DNA of 64,000 nucleotides, taken from positions 104,472,001 through 104,536,000 of the forward strand of contig NC_045696.1 of the NCBI RefSeq assembly GCF_009834535.1, written 5' to 3'. The notes beneath the pieces were generated by a model. That model did not search any database. It worked only from the letters and a program-made list of their open reading frames with translations, and had not been told where the DNA came from. This DNA comes from Camelus ferus. Its lineage: Eukaryota. Shown piece by piece: positions 49,201-59,492 of this stretch. The number at the start of each line of letters is the position of its first letter. The first letter of the stretch is position 1. Position numbers and translations under genes: made by a program.

Positions 49201-52200
49201 AAAGTCATGGTGGCCCGGTTGCTCCTTATTGCACAGAACCTGTGAATGTTGCCTGAGAACCATCCTTCTCCCATGCCTGCTGGTACCCACCCGGGCAGGC
49301 AGACAAACTGCCTCTTCCCTTTGCCACAAAGGGCTCCTGTTTGCATGTCTGGGTCTCACCCACACACAGTACGGTGTCTTGTCTTCGGTAATGAGGGGTG
49401 TTATAGATCCACGGGGGCTGAGAGCCTAAGAAGCAAAAATCTTGGCGGCTGGGACGACATGCTGTCACTATTTGCTTCTGGGCCTGGAACCTGGAAGAAG
49501 GGAGGCGATTCAGCCCACGTGAGGCTGTCATCAGCCAAGCCTCCCAGCAGGTGGGTGGGTCCCGCTCCTCTCCAATGTTCTGCCTGTGTGCCACTGGCTT
49601 CCATCACCCAGGGATGCAGTCTTGGGCCGGAGACACACCGCCACTGAGAGACGCAGAGGGACTCCTGGCCTCTGGCAAATGCCTCGTTACTGACACAAGG
49701 CTAAACAAATAACCTACTTGTCTCAAACTGTGGCTGAAAATGGTCATATTTAACTCAAAATACTAACCTCCACCAACCAGGTTATCAGAAATTCGTCATC
49801 CTCAGAGTGGACTGGTTTCTAGAGGCCCCAGACAGGTTTCCCACATTAACCCACCATCTGATAGGGTAGCCCCAGGCCCCACAGTCCACAAAGGCCCCCT
49901 GAGCTTCCGCTTCACCCAGTGCCCATGTGCCTGTTGCTCCAGTGGGAGGCCTTGCCCTGCCCCGCCTGACCAGGGAAACCAGCCTCCTGGATGAAGGTAC
50001 CAATTGCGGTTGCTCTGAAGGCCCCCAGACCACAGTGGCTGAGGTTGGCTGGGCTCCATGGAAGGGATGGAGAAGGGACCCTCCCTGCTGAGGCCCACCG
50101 TGCTCCTCTGGGCCAGGTGACCTCTGGTTACGCCCACTGCCTTACGTACGGAATCTCTCTGGAAAGTTCTGTCTACTTAATTCACTGTCCGCATTGAAAA
50201 ACTTACGGCATCTGCCATGAAAACAAGCAAGGCAACGTTCACTAGTCCATCTGCCTCCGCTGAGTTTTCTCCACTCCCTTCTCTGAAACTCAGACTCTTG
50301 TCTCCTGTCAGCCATAAAGCAAGAGATGCTGAGCAGGACACGGGACGCAAACTGCTGGCTGGAAGCTCAGTGCTACTGTGTCTCTGAAGCCTTTCCACAG
50401 GGTCAGGTCCCTCTGCTCTCTGCTCTCCCAGCCCCTGGATCCTCTGGTCGCAGCCCTGACTTCCCTGGATTGGAATCATGTATTCAGGAGCCGGTCACCT
50501 GTTGGCCCTCACCGAGTGGCTCCAGATTACGGTCCCCCAGGGCTCAGCGCCCACCTGACACAGAGTAGGCCCTGGGGTGGGGGGTGGGAATGGAAGCTTT
50601 GAGAGCCTGTCTTCTGTGCTGGCACCACGGCTGTCCCTCTGCGTGGTTTGAGTGGGGTCAGTGCTCCAGGCCCCCGGTCCTGGCATTTCCAGGGACATGA
50701 TAGCCCCATAGTGCGAATGCAGGGCTGACTCCAGCCTGTCGCTCCATCCGCCAAGAGCCATGTGATGTGGATGTGGGGAGGAGGGGCACTATTCTGCCCA
50801 CTTCAGTGTTGAAGATGAGCATGGCAAAGGGAGGTGGGTGGCTCACAGTGTCACATTCATCACGAGAAAGCAAGTGTCTGGCTGACGTGCAGATGACGAC
50901 ACTGGTGTCTCGGGTGACTCCACTCAGGAGTGCAGAGAGCGAGAAGGTAACCACCATTTAATGGACTCTTGGCTGGGCCGCTTATCTGTGTTATCAGTCT
51001 GCATGGCATCCGTCTGAGGAAGGGAGCAGTAGGAGGACCATTTCACAGATGGGGCAACTGAGGCTGTGACCTGCCTAAAGTCACATGGCCAGCAAATGGC
51101 ACCGAAAAGCTGGCCTGACTCCTAAATCCAATTTAGAGGCTTCTGTTTCTTCTCCTTAGTTTCCCTCATTGGTCCCACGTAATTGTTCCTGTATGCCAGG
51201 CACAGTTCTGCTCAGGACAACCATCTGAGACAGGTACTGTGAAAAGCCTCATTTTGCAGAAGCCACATCTGAGGGCCCAGAGAGGTAAGTGGCCTGCCCC
51301 ATGTCCCTGAGCCAAGGCGTGACTGGAACCGGATTTGAACCCTGATCTTTCTGGCTTTGGAACCAGCTCTCTGAAGCCCCACTCTCTGCTGACTCCCCAC
51401 AGGGAGAAATTATAGCCTCCTGCAAATATAAACTTAAAAGAACTGTGGAAGTGGGAGTAGGCTGATGCCCTGTGGCTCCAGGGCAGACCCAGGTCCACGG
51501 AAAGATGGAGGAGAGCCTGGGGTTCTGACTCTAGAGAACTGATACCAGCTGTGGTTCTGCGTTTCAGCACCTGTGCCTCCTTGGGCAAGCGTGTCCCCTT
51601 CTCAGTCATCTAAGAAGGCGGAGAGACGGCCCTGCCACTCTGAACAAAGGCAGGCACCAGCAGTCAGTTTGTGTGGCAGGAGTGGTACCCACTCCTGCCA
51701 TGATCCCACAAGCTACCATCCTCTCTCGTGGTGTCCCTTTTTCTCAGTGACACGTTTTCTTTATAACAAGAGGGAAGCGTTCTAACTGCAGGATTTTCCC
51801 CCAAATAGCTTTCCTCTAATGATCTCACCAGGAGGCCAGTGTCCTCCTTTGCTCTGAGACCCACTGCAATAAATGAACAGGAGCCCCATGTCTGCAGGCA
51901 GGCAGGACTGGGGTGGCCGGCTGGTCCTGGCTGTTACCAGCTGCGTGGCAAGTGTCTTAACCTCCGTGTCTTTATTTGCAAAATAGGAAAATGACAGCTT
52001 TCAGGGTGTGGTGAAGAGTAAGTGAGTACACGAGCACCTCAGACAGGGCTTGGCACACAGGAGATGCTCGGGCAGCACTGACTGTTACTGTGGCTGAGTG
52101 CTGTTTGGGATGAGCTTGGTCCTCCCACGCCCCTCCCCTATGAGGGCTGAGGTTATGGACCCAGAAACCTCAGGGCCCATTTCACCCCAGGCTCACATGC

Positions 52201-52830
52201 AGCCACAGGGGAGCCACAGGGCTTCATTGTGGACGCGTTTACCCTGCAGGTCTTTAAGTGCATTAAGAGCCACCGAGTAGGTAGATCAGCATCCTGCTCA
52301 GAGCCATTGGCTGCACCTTAATGATCGACTGGGTCAGCGATGTCACAACAGGCTGTTTTTCATGGAGCAGAGCCCCATGAGGCCTCGCCGGAACTGCGGA
52401 TGCTCGCCTGGCAGACGGGAGCTGACCTGAGAGCAGCTGCCCTGGGTCATGGCCACGGGTGTTAGTGGAATTCAATTACTGGGGTTGGGTATGTGTGTGG
52501 GGGAAGCTCCACTGTGATTTTTAATACTGGAACAAAGAGAATTAAAAAGAGCTGCTGTTCATCGGGCCATGCCCTGTATGGATCTGAGGGCGGCGAGGCA
52601 CCCGCAGTCATTCATTTCCTCCTCACTTGGGGGAGCTGGGCCAGGCAGGAGCCACTTTCCCGAGGCTGCAGACTGGGTCGGAGCCGAGTTGGGACTTGGC
52701 CTGCGTTCTCAGCCCCCAAGACTCTGCTCTTCCCACTCCAGCCCAGTTTCCTGTTGGTCCCAGTCTTAGGCTCCAAAATCAAGGACGTGATGCTCAAGCC
52801 ACAGCCTTTCCCAGTTCCATGGATCTCAGG

Positions 52831-52912
52831 GTGTGTGTGCGTGTGCGCGTGCGCGTGCGCGTGTGTGCATGCGTGTGTGTGTGTGCGCGCGTGTGTGTGC
52901 GCGTGTGTGTGT
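52831..52912 (+). repeat. (GT/GC)n alternating purine-pyrimidine tract, 82 bp
   Basis: gtgtgtgtgcgtgtgcgcgtgcgcgtgcgc..., uninterrupted RY alternation. Confidence 0.95.
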
Positions 52913-54295
52913 TCCTTTGTATGGCAGTGCCTATTTTACCAATGTTGATCATAACACTATTTGCACAACAATTTAAATTTTGCAAAGCACTTCCACACAG
53001 AGAGAGTCTCCTATGGTCTTCTTAGCAATCCTATAAAATAATTAGGCCAAGGATCGTGATTCTTGCTTTACCATTGAGGAAACCCAAGCTCAGCCAAGGA
53101 AGCGGTTTCAGCAAAGCCTGTGGCCATTTCATGGCGAAGCTAAGTGCTGATTCGAGCCCTTCTCAGCCCCACCCAGCTCCATCTTCACTGGTTTGTACCT
53201 GACTCCTGCACCTCTGGGCCCCCGCCACCTTCCCCAGTGCTGGAGTCAGAGCCCTACCTGGGAAAGTTGTGGGGAGGAATCAGAGGAAGGATGAAGGAGG
53301 AGAGGAAGGTGGAGAATGGGGACACTGGGAGGAGAGAATTCTGATAAAGAGGAGAGTCAAGAGGACAGGAGGAGAATGAGGGAAGGGCCCAGGGGACAAA
53401 GGACCTGAGCCCCTGGGAGGAACCTCAAATAAAGACAGGTTCTGTCCTGTTGATGGAAGGATAGATGCTGGGTGATTTCACATTCATTTTTCTCTTACAG
53501 GAGAAGGTGGTCTTCCTGCTCTGGTGTGAGGAGACTGGCATCTTTGGGTCTGAAGCAGAGCACCCAGGTCCCAGGCTCACATTGGGTTTCTCTTGTCTGT
53601 GAGATCACCAGAAGCAACTTTAGGTTCAGACACATAGTGTCCAAGAGATGGACAGTCTGCAAGGGCTGATTTTCAAATGAGTGGTAATCTCAAGGGGACA
53701 GTGCACTAGACCAGGGTCAATCAAGGTCTGGGCGACGGATGGAGGAGACAGAGGAAGAATACTGGGCATCTTTTAGGCGCTACCTATATGTTGCTTCATT
53801 GAACTCCAGCTACCCTTTCAAGGTAAGTCTCATCACCATTTTGTAGGTAAGGTGCTGGAGAGGTTAAATATGTTTCCTAAGAGCACACAGGTTGTGTCGC
53901 TTCTGAAGAGCTTTCCGAGATGCCTTTTTATAAAGCTGGTTATGTTTCCCTTTGGAAATTACCCAACCTCCTTGTTCTACCCTCCTTCCTCATGACACCG
54001 CAGTGCCCTCTGGGATAGACCGATATGAATTTGAATTCCATATCTGCCATTTACTAGCTGTGAGGTTCTGGGCAAGTCACTCAATCTCTCTTGGTCTCGG
54101 TTTTCCTCAAAATGGGCTAGAATTGCTTCTCTCACAGGGTCATTCCTGTCCCCTGTGTGGTGAACCTTGCTTTGGACTTTCATACTCTTTTGCCTCTGCC
54201 TAAATGTGTCCATTTGATGTTCCACATTTTTCTAGGTTGTCCTAGGTACTCTGATAAACTACTCCCCACTAAGCTGTCCATGGACAATAATAGCT

Positions 54296-54636
54296 TCATG
54301 CAAGTGTCAGCAAATATTTTCTGGAAAGGGCCAGACAATAAATATTTAGGCGTTGAGGGCCATCTGGTTTCTAAGAAACAACTCAGCTCTGTCGTTACAG
54401 TGTGGAACCTGCCATGATATAATATATAAATGAATGAGTGTGTTGTGTGCCAAAAAGGCCTTTTATTTATGGGCACTAAAATGTGAATCTCATGTAATTT
54501 TCATGTACCACAAAATATTACTCATCTTTTGATTTTTTCCGACCATTTAAGGTGTACAAACCACTTTGTAGCTCACATTTTCACAAAAACAGGCCAACTA
54601 GATTTGGCTTATGGGCCACACTTTGCTGACCCTTGG
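54296..54636 (+). mobile_element. hAT-Charlie MITE, MER58B-like
   Basis: caagtgtcagcaaatattttctggaaagggccagacaataaatatttagg...gggccacactttgctgacccttg. Confidence 0.8.
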
Positions 54637-54687
54637 CTTAACAGTGACTCCTCAAAGAGGCATTTGCAATTTAAGTGGGGATTTTCC

Positions 54688-55082
54688 TGTTAAAGAAGAA
54701 AATCACAGGCCCAAAATGGTGTCACTTGTGCTAAAGCCCATGATACTAAACCTTGCATTTAATACCTGACCTGATTGCAGTTTCAACCTTCCCCAGAAAT
54801 GTAATCTTAATCGACCAGTCTGGACTTTTCTAGTCAGCACCAAGGAGGTCATCTGCCATGCGGGCCCTCTCCATCCCCTCAAGGGATGACCTGGCCTGGA
54901 ACCAGTCTTTCTCTTCTTTTGCTAATAACTTCCTTGCCCCACCCTCCTATAAAAAATCCTCAATCTTGTACAGCCCCTCAGAGCACCTGTCTATTTGGTA
55001 GATGGAAGGCTGCCTGAATCATGAATTATTGAATAAAGTCAATTAGATCTTCACATTTACTCAGCTGAATCGTTTTCTAACA
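54688..55082 (+). mobile_element. 5' LTR of the provirus
   Basis: TG...CA termini, TATA-like cctataaaaa (~54946), AATAAA (~55032); aligns by eye with 58677-58798 plus 59493-59824. Confidence 0.9.
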
Positions 55083-55086
55083 GATT

Positions 55087-55104
55087 TGGTGGCAGCGGTG
55101 GGAT
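55087..55104 (+). promoter_or_regulatory. Retroviral primer-binding site complementary to tRNA-Leu 3' end
   Basis: TGGTGGCAGCGGTGGGAT is the reverse complement of ATCCCACCGCTGCCACCA (tRNA-Leu AAG-type 3' end plus CCA), 4 nt downstream of the LTR. Confidence 0.85.
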
Positions 55105-55699
55105 TGAAGCAAACCTCCAATGGCACTTGAGGACAACAGGAAACACAGGCGTGATGCCCCATGAGCACTTCTGAGTTCACTGCTGTTCTCACTGGTTCCA
55201 AGGGCCATTGGTAAGTTTCCTCCCAGTGTGAGCACCATCCTCTTTGCTTTCAAGCTCCCTATATAATTGGCTTTCCTTTACAGGGCAGGTCAGCTTGAAC
55301 TGGTAAATGATTCTGCCCAGAGCCAATTGAGCTGACAGATGATCCTGCCCAGAGCCAACCCCTTAGACGTTCAGGCTGCAATTTCCAGATTTTTTTTAAT
55401 AGAAACCCCCAGCCCTTGATTCTGTTCCCAGATTCGACATTGGGAACTGATGAAGGCTTAGTGTGCCATTCCCCATTTGTTTGGAATCCTCCCCCAGATT
55501 CCACGTTGGGAACTGTTGGTGGCAGCTGCGGCTCTCCATTTTGTTTGGAATCAGTCCTCAGTCCTCATTCCGTGGGGTTTGCTGGTTCAATCCTTTCCCC
55601 AGTCCAGGGCTCCGTGGGAATTGGTGCTGGTGCATGCTAGGATGAAGTAACATCTCTCGGTTACTGCCGATATGTTAAGGTGCACGTGCTTGTCTTGTT

Positions 55700-56240
55700 T
55701 TGTGTAGAGAAAGGCCAATCATTGCTAATGAGATCCTCTATATCCAAAACTTGAATGCAGCACCTTCCAGCACACCTCCTTATTTTATGTCTCAGAAACT
55801 GTGATTCCAGAAGCTGTCAGCATTGACAAAAATGGCAAGATCTTGCTAGGCTTGTTTTGTGTCCTGAGAGCTTGGCTTGGTAGCCATCAGATTGGGAGTC
55901 CCACAATATGGGCAAGTAAAAATGTGAGTTACACTCCATTTGTGGCTAGACGTGGCTGGATAGAACTATGGGTTAAACTCCATTTGCAGCCAGGGACCTA
56001 CCAAACTGCTGTCAGCCTTCAGAAGAGTTACAATGGCCATTATGAGGAATAGTCCAAATAGATAAGATCACTTAAAGAGTGTACTTAAAAGCAAGGGCTC
56101 CCAAATCAGTACAAACAGGATGGGATACCTATTTTAATTAGTATGCAGAAGTCTTCAAAAGTGTTCCAAATTCCAGGACAGCGTCATTGAAAGATTTATT
56201 GCAAAAGCCTAATGAAAAAAAATTAAAGACATAAAAGGCA
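55700..56240 (+). pseudogene. Degraded gag (matrix-like) remnant
   Basis: Frameshifted fragments such as ELQWPL*G..QIDKI and GWDTYFN*YAE resemble ERV1 gag N-termini; multiple stops. Confidence 0.5.
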
Positions 56241-56573
56241 TCTAAAACAAAAGCTACAACCCAACTTTTGGGGGAATTGGAAACAACTGTCTTTGTCTTG
56301 CAAAGCTCTGCAGGGCCAAAGGTACGACTCTAGAAGCTCAAAGTTCACCTGCCTCCTTCCCCCCAACTCCCAATTCTCACCTATTTCTCCTAAACCTAGC
56401 CTATTTCTCTCAAAATACTTAAAAAAAAAAAAAAATCAGGATATTGGAAACAGAATTGTCCTGCACTTAATCTGTGCCTTTGTGATGTAAATTTCCTACC
56501 TCATCTTCCTTAGGACCAAAGAGCCATTCTTTGAAATGCAAACATAATAGAGGAGCTTCTCACCAGGAAAAAA

Positions 56574-56595
56574 AGAGAGAGAGAGAGAGAGAGAG
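56574..56595 (+). repeat. (AG)n microsatellite inside the ERV
   Basis: agagagagag run. Confidence 0.9.
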
Positions 56596-58028
56596 CCCGT
56601 GAAGAGGTATTTGGAAATTGGGCTAAGGAGAAATCTTACAAATCTTTTCCACTAATAAAAGTTCTCTGCAGCTACATGTTCGTGTGTGTCGATATTTGTA
56701 TGTTGTAGATGTGTTATGTTTCTCCACCTTCGGAGGGTATTGCCAAAGTTAATTTGTGAAAAAGCTCTGTTTAGTTGCTTTACAGGCCAGCACTTGTATG
56801 GACTGGGCATTCTAAAGTTCTCACAAATATAACAGAATCTAACTCAAATACTTTTCAAGTTCATGTGATTTGGGATAATCCTCAGTAAATAAAAGCTAGT
56901 TTAATTTTGTTGGTTACATTAAAACAGACATGTTTTTAAGGTCATTGCCACTGAATATAATACAGGTAAACAACTTTTATTCTACCAGGGTTTCCTAGTC
57001 AAATTCATGTTTCTCTGTTGCAAAATTTGTCAGCAAGAAATAAAATAACTTAGAATGATGGCTGATTTTGTCTAATGTCTCACGCGGTTTGCACAGGTAA
57101 TTCAGGCATAACTGATGGCAGCAGGTAATTTAGAAAGATGTAAATGGGATAAGAATTTATGTATCAACTTTTCAGCAGCAATTATATCTTACGGTATATG
57201 TACTTAAAAATAGCCTCCAAAGCTTTTTGGTAACTTGAACCTTTTGCGTTTTCTTAAGTTAAAAGATAGAAATGTATTCAATATCTAGCTCATTTATAAA
57301 TTAGGAAGTTGTGAAACATTCATTACAGAGCATAGGTATGTCTACTTTTGGCTTCCTCTTGCAGGGAAGCTCAAGATAAATTTGGCTCTATTATTAAACA
57401 TGTTTTGTGTCACAGTGGAAGATTATACTTTGAAGAAACACACATTTCTAGAGCTTATGAAAGGTATTCATAAATTTGTCAATCTAAAAAAAATGCTAGT
57501 TTGACATGTGGTTCACATTTGCTTACATCTTAGTTTTCACTAGAAATTAAGATTTTTAAAGGTTAAGGATTCTAATTAACATGTGTAATTAAAGCTATTA
57601 GTAATAATAAGGGACACAACTTTGCATGCAAGGGAAGTAGGATGTGTTTCTTGGTTAAGAAAAGAGATGAGGGATGGAAATGCATTCTAGTTAAGGGAAA
57701 TGAGAGTAATTTTATCTAAACTAGAACTTCTGGTGGTGAAGGACAAATGAAATGTATACAAAAAGTTGAAGAGAGAGAAAAAGAGGAAATTTTACCTTGT
57801 GTAATCAAGCTGGCTAAAATTGAATTGATATGATAAGAGTGTTAAAAATACACTTTAATATCAGTAATATACTTATGTAAACCTAAAACTTGGGTTTCCT
57901 TCATCTGCTAAAATGACAAAGGAGATTCTCTTCCCACAAGTGCTAAAAACCTGACTGACCCCTGGGTTGAACAAGTAAATGCAGGGGAAAAAAATCCACC
58001 CCTGATTAGAAATAAATACAAATGAGAT

Positions 58029-58400
58029 ATAATCAGAAATCTCTCCTTTACTCATGGAGACATTGAAGATTCTTTTGCAAAAGCACTAGCTACCCAGCAA
58101 GGATTCTTAGACTCCCTGGTCAAGGCTGTTCTTGATGATGAAATAGTCCTCAATTATCGTTTAGCCGAGCAAGGTGTCTGTGCTGTGGCCAACACCACCT
58201 GCTCTACCTAGATTGAAACTCAGTTACCAAACAAGCCATTTAGCTTTAAAGGGTATCTCCTTCAGTGGGGTCTTCGATTGCTTTGGGTCTTGGGGACCAC
58301 AGCTCTGAAGTGCACTCTGAACATTTAGAAGTTTCCTGCTTATTATAATCGTAACAGTAACCCTGGTGCATCATATTCTCTCAAAAGCCTTAAATGTATG
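58029..58400 (+). pseudogene. env transmembrane-subunit remnant (immunosuppressive-domain-like plus degenerate CX6CC)
   Basis: 58029-58208 reads IIRNLSFTHGDIEDSFAKALATQQGFLDSLVKAVLDDEIVLNYRLAEQGVCAVANTTCST then TAG; compare gamma-type LDNRxALDYLLAEQGGVCAVxNxxCCT. A hydrophobic TM-like stretch follows (FLLIIIVTVTLV). Confidence 0.85.
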
Positions 58401-58798
58401 TTTGCAGTCGCTAACCGCCAAGCAAATGATCTCCCTAAGACTAGAATATCAGGGGAAAAAAAACGAAGAGAATGATAGACTTAAGGATTATGAGCCTAGA
58501 ACCACTCTGTGAATGTCACAGGGATTAAGCAAAAACCTGGTGACTTGCGGCTACCACACCAACCCTCAGCAAAGCCTCCAGAACTGTGGACAAGCAGTAG
58601 GCGAGAGTGGTGTTAATGCCTCAAGGTTTGATCACATCTCTCAGTTTGGTAGAAAGTTTGGCCAACAGAGGGGACTTGTAAAAGAGAAAACCACAGGCCC
58701 GAAAGGGCACTACTTGTGCTAAAGTCCAGGATACCAAACCTGGACTTAATACCTGACCTAAATGGGGCTTTGGCCTTCCCCAGGGGTGTAATCCTTAA

Positions 58799-59492
58799 TT
58801 AATTAATATGGAAGTGAGACAGGAAGGGGGCAGGGCACAGCCATTCAAGGACTAACACAGCAATTAACACCAGAATGGTGAAAGGTTCAACCCTCAGTAG
58901 GCCTTGAGGCTCAAGATGGTGGGAGATTTGACTTCCAGCAGGCCTTGAGCTTCGTTATATGCTCACTGTAACATATTAGCATGGTGAATAACACGCCCAC
59001 AGGAGCCATGGCAGTCCCAAGGCTAGCCACAAAAGGTCAAAGGGTGGGAAATGGCCAACTTCCTGAGGATCCCAGCCCCTTCCCCAGGCTAGTTAGACTG
59101 GTCCTTCCACTTATTAGCATATGGAGCCACTGATCCCATAAAAACTGGCAACATGACACCTCGTGGCCACCCTCTCTCCCTTCGGAGATGGCCCACACTG
59201 TCTATGGAGTGTGTACCTACTTCTGCTCTAATCTGGGCACCCAACCCCCACACCTCGTGGCTTTTCTCTTGCCTTTCGACGTATCTCTCTAAATAAATCT
59301 ACCTTTACTCAGCAGTGGCTCGCTCTTGAATGCTTTCCTGTGTGAAGCCAAGGACCCACGCTTGGCGGGGCACATCCCAGGGGCTCAACTGAAGCCTGGG
59401 ACACAGCCCTCCTCACGCCCCATGTCAGTTTTCCTGCATCAGAACTATAGTTGATTTACAATATTATCTTAGTTTCAAGTGTACAACACAGT
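58799..59492 (-). mobile_element. Very short L1 3' end split by the nested LTR
   Basis: taattaatatggaag | tatagttgatttacaatattatcttagtttcaagtgtacaacacag matches the reverse complement of an artiodactyl-type L1 terminus. Imperfect TSD ggggtgtaatccttaa / gggatgtgatcttaa. Confidence 0.75.
58815..59441 (+). mobile_element. Solo LTR of a different ERV family nested in the 3' LTR
   Basis: TGAGACAGGAAGG...TTTTCCTGCATCA; TATA-like cccataaaaa, AATAAA (~59292); TSD gaag/gaac. Confidence 0.85.
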
